24,000 bases of DNA, taken from an uncultured Methanosarcinales archaeon. GTDB lineage: Archaea; Nanobdellota; Nanobdellia; Woesearchaeales; ARS49. A model generated the notes under the pieces. That model ran no database searches, was not told the DNA's origin, and saw nothing but the letters and a program-made list of their open reading frames with translations. Location: positions 19,504 to 43,503 of the forward strand of contig CAYHVU010000001.1 in NCBI GenBank assembly GCA_964360075.1, in the 5' to 3' direction. Both the position numbers and the translations under genes were made by a program. The stretch's first letter is position 1. Every line of letters starts with the position of its first letter. Shown in pieces: positions 7,914-13,993 of the stretch.

Positions 7914-8657
7914 CTAGCGAAGCGCTTCGATTATTGTCAGCAGCAACTTCTTCATTTTGTCTGCATTCTGATGGAAGACGCGCAAAATGTCATCCCACGA
8001 AACAGGATATTCGTCGGTTTTCCAACAGTCGTAATCCGTTGACATCGCGATTGCAGCGTATTCAATGCCTGCTTCTCGCGCGAGCGTGGCCTCTGGTGCA
8101 ATGCTCATATTGATGACGTCTGCACCCCAGGCACGGAACATGTGTGATTCTGCGCGCGTGCTGAACCGCGGGCCTTCTATAGTGACGACCGTTCCTTTCG
8201 GATGATGCGCTATGCCAAGTTTTTTGCACGCGTCGATTAGCGCGACGCGCAAGGACGCAGAGAAAGGATCTGCAAGACTCACGTGTACTGGCCCGTTGGC
8301 AAACGTGTCGTGAAACGTGATACTGCGATGCCGCGTGAAATCGATGAATTGGTCTAGAATAACGAAATCGCCACGCCTGATTTCTTGCCGCAAGGATCCG
8401 ACGGCAGTTGTGGCTAGAATGTGCGTACAGCCTTCTGTTTTCAATGCGTGAATGTTCGCGCGATAGTTCACCTGCGTCGGCGGAAGCTCATGCTTTTTTC
8501 CATGACGCGCAAGGATGCAAACCTCGACGCCAGCGAGCGTACCGCACACAAGAGCAGAAGAAGGCGCACCGTACGGTGTCGTCACTGTCTTTTCAGTATG
8601 TCCTTGCAACAGCTCAGGGTCATCTAGCCCCGATCCGCCGATGATACCTATCTTCAT
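7914..8657 (-). CDS. mtnP: S-methyl-5'-thioadenosine phosphorylase (MTAP, PNP/UDP family)
   Basis: [11 protein letters not shown]...YGAPSS...ARHG..H..PP..VNYRANI.AL...G...[10 protein letters not shown] is the characteristic MTAP pattern. The start overlaps the upstream GT2 gene stop by 4 nt. Confidence 0.85.
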   Translation of the reverse strand: MKIGIIGGSGLDDPELLQGHTEKTVTTPYGAPSSALVCGTLAGVEVCILARHGKKHELPPTQVNYRANIHALKTEGCTHILATTAVGSLRQEIRRGDFVILDQFIDFTRHRSITFHDTFANGPVHVSLADPFSASLRVALIDACKKLGIAHHPKGTVVTIEGPRFSTRAESHMFRAWGADVINMSIAPEATLAREAGIEYAAIAMSTDYDCWKTDEYPVSWDDILRVFHQNADKMKKLLLTIIEALR

Positions 8658-9640
8658 GCCATCGCCATAAATCGTTCTGCATTCTTCTTCAGAACTTGAT
8701 CAGTTGGAAACCTTTTCAGTCCTGCAACAAGAATTTTCTTTGCGTCTTCTTTTCGATTAGCATTCGCATAAAGTACGGCAAGATTATTGACGGCCTGTGG
8801 CGCATTTGGACTGTCAGGATTGTGAATGAGGCTTTGCTCGTATGCGTGCATTGCTTGTTCGTTGTGGCGTTGCTCAAGATGCACGTTTGCTATGCTGAAC
8901 CAGACATTCTTGTACTTCGGATCATGCTTGGCCGCGTGCTGATAATAGTCAAGCGCACGGTCCAACTGCTTGCGTTCCTGGCAAAATTGACCTGCCAAGA
9001 ACAACGCGCGAACGTTTTCCGGATGCTCTGTGAGTTCTTTGAACACAAGCCAGCCATAATAGCGCAGCTTGTGCTTTAGATTGCTCGAGAAGAGAATACC
9101 GTAGTGATGGATTACAAAAGGCGCGTCAATAATCATTCCTTTGGCAGCTTCAACAGATGGTTCAATCATCTCGTGCACGCGGTTCACGTACCGGTAACCG
9201 CTGTTGCGGAACACGCGCGCAAGCTTTATCGGCCTGTATGCAGTCGCGCCTTTCGTTATCTCACTTGGCGCACAAACGGCACAGCCGAGCCCGGCATCCT
9301 TAACGTAATTGCGAATTTCGAGTTTCACTGCATCTGCTTCAGTTTTTGCGAGAAAGTCACGTAGTTTTGCAAAATCTTCTGCAGATATGCGTTCATCCGC
9401 GTCAAGCACGAGAATCCATTCCTGCGCTGCATGCTCGAGCGCGATGTTCTTGGCTTTCGCATAGTCATGTTCCCACTGAAAGCGGTAAACTTTCGCGCCA
9501 GCTTCTTCAGCTATTGCCATACTGTTATCCGAACTGCCCGTGTCAACTACGATGAGTTCGTCAACGAACGGTTTCGCTGCCGCCAACGCCTCTTTAAGCC
9601 AAGCAGCCTCATCCTTAACAATCATACAGAGGGAAAGCAT
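8654..9640 (-). CDS. family 2 glycosyltransferase with C-terminal TPR repeats
   Basis: The N-terminal [39 protein letters not shown]...LVLDADE is a GT2 (DxD) pattern. The C-terminal ~130 aa ([32 protein letters not shown]...) are TPR-like. Confidence 0.8.
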   Translation of the reverse strand: MLSLCMIVKDEAAWLKEALAAAKPFVDELIVVDTGSSDNSMAIAEEAGAKVYRFQWEHDYAKAKNIALEHAAQEWILVLDADERISAEDFAKLRDFLAKTEADAVKLEIRNYVKDAGLGCAVCAPSEITKGATAYRPIKLARVFRNSGYRYVNRVHEMIEPSVEAAKGMIIDAPFVIHHYGILFSSNLKHKLRYYGWLVFKELTEHPENVRALFLAGQFCQERKQLDRALDYYQHAAKHDPKYKNVWFSIANVHLEQRHNEQAMHAYEQSLIHNPDSPNAPQAVNNLAVLYANANRKEDAKKILVAGLKRFPTDQVLKKNAERFMAMA

Positions 9641-9648
9641 AGAAGCAG

Positions 9649-9671
9649 GCGCACGTGCGCGTCTTAAAAAG
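9649..9671 (-). promoter_or_regulatory. TATA box (CTTTTTAA on minus, 9664-9671) followed by a perfect 12-bp palindrome GCGCACGTGCGC (9649-9660), just upstream of the GT2 start
   Basis: The TATA edge lies 24 nt from ATG 9640, a leaderless-type spacing. The palindrome occupies the TATA-to-start interval, a position typical of archaeal repressor operators. Confidence 0.3.
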
Positions 9672-9686
9672 GTTGCTGAAATTTAG

Positions 9687-11048
9687 TTAAATCAAGCGCA
9701 AACGCTGGCCAGGCCTGAGCACGTGTGCGTTTTTCGGCACCATGCCGCTCTCGGTCCAGAGCTGCAAGAAACTGTTCACTTTGTTCGGTTCGCTGTGCGT
9801 CGGAATCGCGTGCTTTGGTCGTGTGAGCTTGAGGAATTCCCTGATATCCTCGCGCGCTGCGTGGCCTGAGACGTGGATGTCAGTGTAGAGCCGCACACCT
9901 TGGTTTTGCAGCTCGCGGTCGATTGTTTTTCTATAGGTAATATTGGGCTCGACTGGAATGACGCTTGATGAAAAGATGACGTGATCTTGACTGTTAAAAG
10001 TGAATGGTAGTTTGCCGAATGTCATGCGCGCGAGCATGCTCTTTGGCTCGCCCTGATTGCCAGTAACGACAAGCAGAAACTTGTCTTTGCCGCGCGCCAT
10101 GATTTCCTTGAACTTGCGCTTCACCTGACCGCCATACTTCACAATTTCGACGCCAGATTTTGAAAAGTTGACGAGATCAATATCCTCGGCTGCCTGCACA
10201 TACTTCGAGAGGCTTCTTCCCAAAAATACTATTTTTCTTTTGGTTTGTTTGCCGAATTCAATAATGCTTTTCAGGCGTGCAATGTGGCTGCTATATGTCG
10301 TAATGACTATCGCTTTTCCGCGGTTGTCTACGCCAAGCATTGCGTCACGTAGCATTTCGCGCGCAACAACTTCCGAAGGCATCTTCCCGGATCTGTTGAC
10401 GTAAAGTGTGTCGCAGATGGTGAGCAACACCCCCTTGTCGCCGAGCCTTTTCAGACATTCATAGTGCGGCGGTTTGCCGAGAATCGGATTATTGTCGAAC
10501 TTGAAATCAGTAGCATACAGAATGATGCCGTACTTCGTGTGCAGCGCAATCATGACGCTTTGCGGAATGCTATGCGTGACGTGCACGAATTCTACCGTCA
10601 CGTGCGGTGTTATTTTCATGATGCCATTCGGGTTCAATGGCGTGAGCTTGTTGCGGAGCTGAATCTTTTCATCCCTGAGCACGATTTTCAGCAGCGAAAT
10701 GCTGTACGGACTCGCAATGATTGGACAATCGTAATTGCCCGCTAGAAATGGAACGGCGCCGATATGGTCCAAGTGCGCATGACCGACAAAGATTGCTTTG
10801 ACGTTTTTGCGCCATGGCTTAATGCTGTTGTCATCAGGGATAGCACCTGCTTTGCGCAACGCCTCGACGTTCAGCTTGCTCAAGTCACCAGAATCATCTT
10901 CAGTAAATTTGATGTAGTTAGGCATGTGCAGGCCGATGTCAAAGATGAAGACTTCATCGTCCACTCTAACCGCAGTCATGTTCTTGCCGACTTCTCCTGT
11001 GCCGCCAACTGGCACGACTTCAACACCTGGTGGAAATTGCTGTTTCAT
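9687..11048 (-). CDS. rnj: archaeal RNase J (beta-CASP metallo-beta-lactamase ribonuclease)
   Basis: 453 aa. N-terminal VVPVGGTGEVGKNMTAV, the MBL motif VGHAHLDHIGAVPF, and beta-CASP-like later motifs (HVSGHA near the C-terminus). Confidence 0.85.
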   Translation of the reverse strand: MKQQFPPGVEVVPVGGTGEVGKNMTAVRVDDEVFIFDIGLHMPNYIKFTEDDSGDLSKLNVEALRKAGAIPDDNSIKPWRKNVKAIFVGHAHLDHIGAVPFLAGNYDCPIIASPYSISLLKIVLRDEKIQLRNKLTPLNPNGIMKITPHVTVEFVHVTHSIPQSVMIALHTKYGIILYATDFKFDNNPILGKPPHYECLKRLGDKGVLLTICDTLYVNRSGKMPSEVVAREMLRDAMLGVDNRGKAIVITTYSSHIARLKSIIEFGKQTKRKIVFLGRSLSKYVQAAEDIDLVNFSKSGVEIVKYGGQVKRKFKEIMARGKDKFLLVVTGNQGEPKSMLARMTFGKLPFTFNSQDHVIFSSSVIPVEPNITYRKTIDRELQNQGVRLYTDIHVSGHAAREDIREFLKLTRPKHAIPTHSEPNKVNSFLQLWTESGMVPKNAHVLRPGQRLRLI

Positions 11049-11050
11049 GA

Positions 11051-11133
11051 TGCGGGGAGCAGGATTCGAACCTGCGAAGGCCTAAGCCATTCGCTCTTGA
11101 GGCGAACTCGTTTGACCGCTTCGATATCCCCGC
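11051..11133 (-). tRNA. tRNA-Leu (anticodon CAA), class II with long variable arm, no encoded CCA
   Basis: Hand-folded minus strand: GCGGGGA TA TCG AAGCGGTCAAA CGA G TTCGC CTCAAGA GCGAA TGGCTTAGGCCTTC GCAGG TTCGAAT CCTGC TCCCCGC A. All four stems pair and the T-loop TTCGAAT is canonical. Confidence 0.9.
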
Positions 11134-11137
11134 GTAG

Positions 11138-11179
11138 CGCGGGGGTGTCCGCAGAACGTTTTCTGCGCGCATCCCCGCG
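11138..11179 (-). other. structured 5' leader of tRNA-Leu: acceptor/T-arm-like minihelix repeating the tRNA 5' end
   Basis: The minus strand reads C GCGGGGAT GCGC GCAGAA AACG TTCTGC GGACA CCCCCGC G, then CTAC, then the tRNA. GCGGGGAT (11178-11171) equals the first 8 nt of the tRNA. CGCGGGG pairs with CCCCGCG (7 bp) and encloses a 6-bp hairpin. Confidence 0.5.
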
Positions 11180-11206
11180 AGGATACGGACGTCGGCTGAA
11201 AGGCGC

Positions 11207-11220
11207 TTTTAAATGTTACG
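11207..11220 (-). promoter_or_regulatory. BRE/TATA-like element CGTAACATTTAAAA (minus strand) upstream of the tRNA-Leu leader
   Basis: The TATA edge is ~29 nt from the leader GCGGGGAT at 11178. The 11-mer CGTAACATTTA recurs exactly at 12948-12958, upstream of another minus-strand operon. Confidence 0.4.
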
Positions 11221-11230
11221 CAGGGTCGAT

Positions 11231-11375
11231 TTGCGGGATTGAAAATCCCGCGAGTCTTTTTCGCCTCCAGATGCAAGCAGAATCCAGTAGGTTCTGCTGC
11301 ACCAAGAGAACGAAGTTCTCTGGTGCCAGAGGACTCTGTCCTCTTGGCACAACAGAACGGAACGTTCTGTTTGTG
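11231..11375. repeat. array of five consecutive, sequence-related stem-loops (candidate structured ncRNA or palindromic repeat cluster)
   Basis: H2 11233-11251: GCGGGATT GAA AATCCCGC. H3 11276-11298: AGCAGAA..TTCTGCT. H4 11299-11326: GCACCAAGAGAAC GAA GTTCTCTGGTGC. H5 11325-11348: GCCAGAGGAC TCT GTCCTCTTGGC. H6 11348-11375: CACAACAGAACG GAA CGTTCTGTTTGTG. Only mutually overlapping ORFs of palindromic origin cover this stretch. Confidence 0.5.
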
Positions 11376-11422
11376 GCGGGTCATCTGAAAGAATGCCATC
11401 AAGCTCCTTTTGGGACCAGGGA

Positions 11423-11899
11423 TCACTTGTGGCCGAAATAGAACATTTTGTCAATTGCGACATCACCTGGCTGGTAGTTGCCTTGGCGCGGATGCACCGG
11501 TTTTTCTTCGGCCTTGAGCGATTTTTGCGTTTCCTGCACGACATGCACAACTTTGGCTTTCGTGTCCTGAAATTTCTTGAGCTCGAACTTCAAACGCTCA
11601 ATTTCCATGGCTAATGCCGCGATTGTGTCGCGCACCGTCTGGAACTGTCCATCAATCTTTTTGCCGTTCATATCTAAGAGTAGGTTAACGCGGCTCTCGA
11701 TGAGCGCGCTTCCGGGTACTTGCACTGTTTCCACTTCGATTCCTCCTTTCTCGTTCTGCGTTAGCGTCACGACCTTCTTCGGCGCGTCACAGACGATTTC
11801 TTGCGCCTGCTGGAACGCCTCAGGCGCAGTGGTCGCCATGCCGTGCTTCTGCAGATTCTTCATCATGTCATTGATTTTAGCGACATCATTCACATTCAT
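11423..11899 (-). CDS. hypothetical coiled-coil protein (158 aa)
   Basis: Last gene of the minus-strand operon; its start overlaps the previous stop by 4 nt. It has a central heptad-like segment (TVRDTIAALAMEIERLKFELKKFQDTK) and a C-terminal HPRQGNYQPGDVAIDKMFYFG. The family is not recognised. Confidence 0.6.
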   Translation of the reverse strand: MNVNDVAKINDMMKNLQKHGMATTAPEAFQQAQEIVCDAPKKVVTLTQNEKGGIEVETVQVPGSALIESRVNLLLDMNGKKIDGQFQTVRDTIAALAMEIERLKFELKKFQDTKAKVVHVVQETQKSLKAEEKPVHPRQGNYQPGDVAIDKMFYFGHK

Positions 11900-12150
11900 G
11901 GTCTCACCATGGTGAAATCAAAATAGCCCTCCTTGTCGATTCTCGGAGTTGTCCTGCGCTCGATGATTGGCACTTCCTGTCGTGTTACGACTGCAGGAAT
12001 ACTCCTTCGCGGAGGTCCTAGCTGTTGCGCGCACTTTTCGCAATATGCTTTCAGTCCTTCCTTGCGCGCGATGCAGAAATCGCACAAACGCTTGCCGCAC
12101 CACATGCAGCCAGATACAAGTTCCTTGTTATGCTTGATGCATTTGTCCAT
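11896..12150 (-). CDS. B-box-like zinc-finger protein (84 aa)
   Basis: CIKHNKELVSGCMWCGKRLCDFCIARKEGLKAYCEKC has Cys/His spacing (C-x2-H, CxxC, CxxC, CxxC) like a B-box or double zinc ribbon. It starts 1 nt after the upstream stop. Confidence 0.6.
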   Translation of the reverse strand: MDKCIKHNKELVSGCMWCGKRLCDFCIARKEGLKAYCEKCAQQLGPPRRSIPAVVTRQEVPIIERRTTPRIDKEGYFDFTMVRP

Positions 12151-12151
12151 T

Positions 12152-12889
12152 TTATTGGCGGAAGTTTTCCTTGATGAACTGTATCATCACGTTGTTGCCT
12201 GAGCTCGTGTACGCTTGGAGCGCCGTGCTGAGCAGTCCTTGACGCAAGCACGTGTCGCCGAGTAGATTGAGCTTGTCCTTGTCTTCGGAAAGTTCATATG
12301 CTTTTGCGGCATAACCTATTTGGTTGTCCTGCAATGCTTTGTCGCCAACGGCCGCGAGCTTGACTTTGTTGCCAACTGCAGAGAACACTTCGATTGCGTA
12401 GTCCCATTTGCCCTTGTCCAAGCAGTCCTCTCCGACTTTGACGAGCTTCTCGACATTTCCTACGAGCCTGAAGGCCTTGACCGAGTCTGCAATTCTGCCA
12501 TCTTCGAGACATTTGTTGCCGAGCTTGAGCAGTTTGTCTGTTGCGTCCGCGAGCCTGTATGCATCTATTGCGCTCGAGAACAGCCCGACGCGTTCATAAT
12601 CAAGTCCGATTGTGACGAGCTTTGCTTTGTTGCCTGCGAGAATAAATGCCTTGATTGCTTCTGGCAGCTTGCCTTTGCGCGCGTATTCGTCGCCCATGGC
12701 GTTGAGCAGCCCGACACGCATTTCTTCTGAGAACATATTGAGATTGATGTTGTCAAGGCCTTTGTCCAGCAAACTGGGCACGATGCGCTTGAAATTTTCC
12801 ACATTTTCGCTCTGCTTGAGCAATTCTGCGCTACTCTGAGCGAGCGCATTCACCATTTTTCTCATTACTAATTCGCCGTCGGCAGTCAT
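12152..12889 (-). CDS. alpha-helical repeat protein with six tandem 29-residue repeats
   Basis: The track ORF extends to 13153, but that N-terminus is low quality and overlaps the divergent gene. I start at ATG 12889 (MTADGELVMRK...), which is preceded by GGAAGGTGA. Repeats follow KLxx(V/L)Gxx(C)LxxGxxxxA(I/V)xA(F/Y)xxxGxxx with a 29-aa period. Confidence 0.65.
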   Translation of the reverse strand: MTADGELVMRKMVNALAQSSAELLKQSENVENFKRIVPSLLDKGLDNINLNMFSEEMRVGLLNAMGDEYARKGKLPEAIKAFILAGNKAKLVTIGLDYERVGLFSSAIDAYRLADATDKLLKLGNKCLEDGRIADSVKAFRLVGNVEKLVKVGEDCLDKGKWDYAIEVFSAVGNKVKLAAVGDKALQDNQIGYAAKAYELSEDKDKLNLLGDTCLRQGLLSTALQAYTSSGNNVMIQFIKENFRQ

Positions 12890-12942
12890 ACTTTTCACCT
12901 TCCTTTTGAACTCGATTTTCTCACACTTTTGAGCATGATTCA

Positions 12943-12958
12943 ATATATAAATGTTACG
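12943..12958 (-). promoter_or_regulatory. BRE/TATA-like CGTAACATTTATATTG (minus) for the 12889-11423 operon
   Basis: It shares the exact 11-mer CGTAACATTTA with the tRNA-Leu promoter. It lies ~54 nt upstream of ATG 12889, which leaves room for a ~30-nt leader containing the SD-like GGAAGGTGA. Confidence 0.4.
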
Positions 12959-13019
12959 TTTTAGTATACTGGTATGGAAAAGAGAAAAGCTTAATAAGCA
13001 GAATTCCAGAAAAACAGCC

Positions 13020-13451
13020 ATGAATGCACACGAAACACTCACTGAATGGCTTGAGCAGTACGTGAGGAACAAAGATTTGCTCGCGAAAAGCATTGTCAAC
13101 ATTGTGCGCGACGAAGGCGGCTGGACATTCGCAGTCATCAAGAAAGACGGCACGCAGCACTATCTGGTGATGCCACATTTCTCTCCTGAAGAATTTTTCA
13201 AACGAATGAAGACTGAACTCAACGGCGTGCTCGTCATGCTGAACACTAAACACAATCTCAACCACGTCATCGAACACTGGCAGGAGCTCACGAAATTTCC
13301 AAAGCTCTCAATCATTTTCGCAAATCCTGATGCGCCCGGAGACAAGCGCTGGATAATTTGCCCACACACGCACGATAAAATCGCGGAACGTCAAGCATTA
13401 CGTCGCGGGCTAGAATCCTTGGCTATAACTGTGGAAGAAGCGCAGAAGTGA
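13020..13451 (+). CDS. hypothetical protein (143 aa)
   Basis: The track starts at 12951. I prefer ATG 13020 (MNAHETLTEWLEQYV...), which avoids the divergent promoter region. The family is not recognised. Confidence 0.6.
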   Translation: MNAHETLTEWLEQYVRNKDLLAKSIVNIVRDEGGWTFAVIKKDGTQHYLVMPHFSPEEFFKRMKTELNGVLVMLNTKHNLNHVIEHWQELTKFPKLSIIFANPDAPGDKRWIICPHTHDKIAERQALRRGLESLAITVEEAQK

Positions 13452-13504
13452 AACGCGAAACGACAAAACGCCCTTTGATTTATGATGTGCTTATTGAAAA
13501 CTCA

Positions 13505-13903
13505 TCATTCAATTAAGATTTCAAGCGCAGGAACCAAGAGTTTGCATTCTTGCACGAGAATGCGACGGTGACATTTTTCAGGTGTAAACTCATAACAAGT
13601 CAGGGTGACATTCTCTTTGAGCGCACGCATGCTCCAATGGACTAGCTCCTCTCGCAATTCAGGTTTTGCGAGATGGGTTCGGTAGATATCCATCAAATCC
13701 TCAAATGTGAGCCGCCCACGATAGTACTGCCCAACAGATTTTTCTGGTGGCGAAAGACAACGTACCCAATAATCAATCCCCGCTCCTTTTGCGAGTTCGC
13801 GTTCAGGATTAAGCCAAGTTTCATCAGTTAGCCGGCTCATCGTACAAACGCGAATACCATCCTCAGGTCTACGTTCACGAAAGACACAAGCAGTTTTTAG
13901 CAT
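13505..13903 (-). CDS. DUF488 (YeaO-like) family protein
   Basis: The N-terminal RERRPEDGIRV...RL and the C-terminal VTLTCYEFTPEKCHRRILVQ match the DUF488 pattern (LLCxE..p..CHR) as I recall it. The ATG lies 2 nt after the tRNA-Gly discriminator base. Confidence 0.6.
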   Translation of the reverse strand: MLKTACVFRERRPEDGIRVCTMSRLTDETWLNPERELAKGAGIDYWVRCLSPPEKSVGQYYRGRLTFEDLMDIYRTHLAKPELREELVHWSMRALKENVTLTCYEFTPEKCHRRILVQECKLLVPALEILIE

Positions 13904-13905
13904 AA

Positions 13906-13993
13906 TGCACCTGCCGGGAATCGGACCCGGATTCCAAGCTTTTTCCGACGTTTTTCGTGGGAAGCTCGTATCTTACCATTAGACGACAAGTGC
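13906..13993 (-). tRNA. tRNA-Gly (anticodon CCC) with a 17-nt intron at the canonical 37/38 position
   Basis: Hand-folded minus strand: GCACTTG TC GTCT AATGGTA AGAT A CGAGC TTCCCA [CGAAAAACGTCGGAAAA] A GCTTG GAAT CCGGG TCCGATT CCCGG CAGGTGC A. The intron spans 13941-13957. TTCC pairs with intron GGAA as the central 4-bp helix, flanked by 3-nt bulges CA|C and AA|A (BHB-like; the outer intron helix is weak). Confidence 0.8.

Noticed and set aside
11231-11375. Possible CRISPR array, replication origin (ORB) or known ncRNA (SRP RNA, RNase P RNA, C/D-box sRNA).
   Set aside because: There is no constant-length direct repeat with unique spacers. The H3 loop TCCAGTAGG only partly resembles the ORB core TCCAGTGGAAA, and there is no AT-rich unwinding element or orc1/cdc6 nearby. 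There is no GGAA-tetraloop/AGCA helix-8 motif, no GAGGAAAGUCC-type CR-I, and no RUGAUGA...CUGA box pair. I therefore left it as an unclassified hairpin array.
10764-11441. 225-aa plus-strand ORF and the 114-aa and 113-aa minus-strand ORFs covering the tRNA-Leu / hairpin region. This includes a 56-aa Cys-containing sub-ORF starting at ATG 11271 (MQAESSRFCCTKRTKFSGARGLCPLG...).
   Set aside because: They run antisense through RNase J, across the tRNA-Leu gene and through palindromic DNA. The two strands give mirror-like peptides (CCTKRTKFSGARGLCPLG versus CCAKRTESSGTRELRSLG), which is what hairpin DNA produces by itself. No start context or family resemblance was seen.
12890-13153. N-terminal 88 codons of track ORF 12152..13153 (MPSFLMTANVQPPSSRTMLTMLFASKSLFL...).
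   Set aside because: It overlaps the divergent promoter and the start of the plus-strand gene at 13020 and has a non-protein-like composition. An internal ATG at 12889 with an SD-like GGAAGGTGA gives a clean start.
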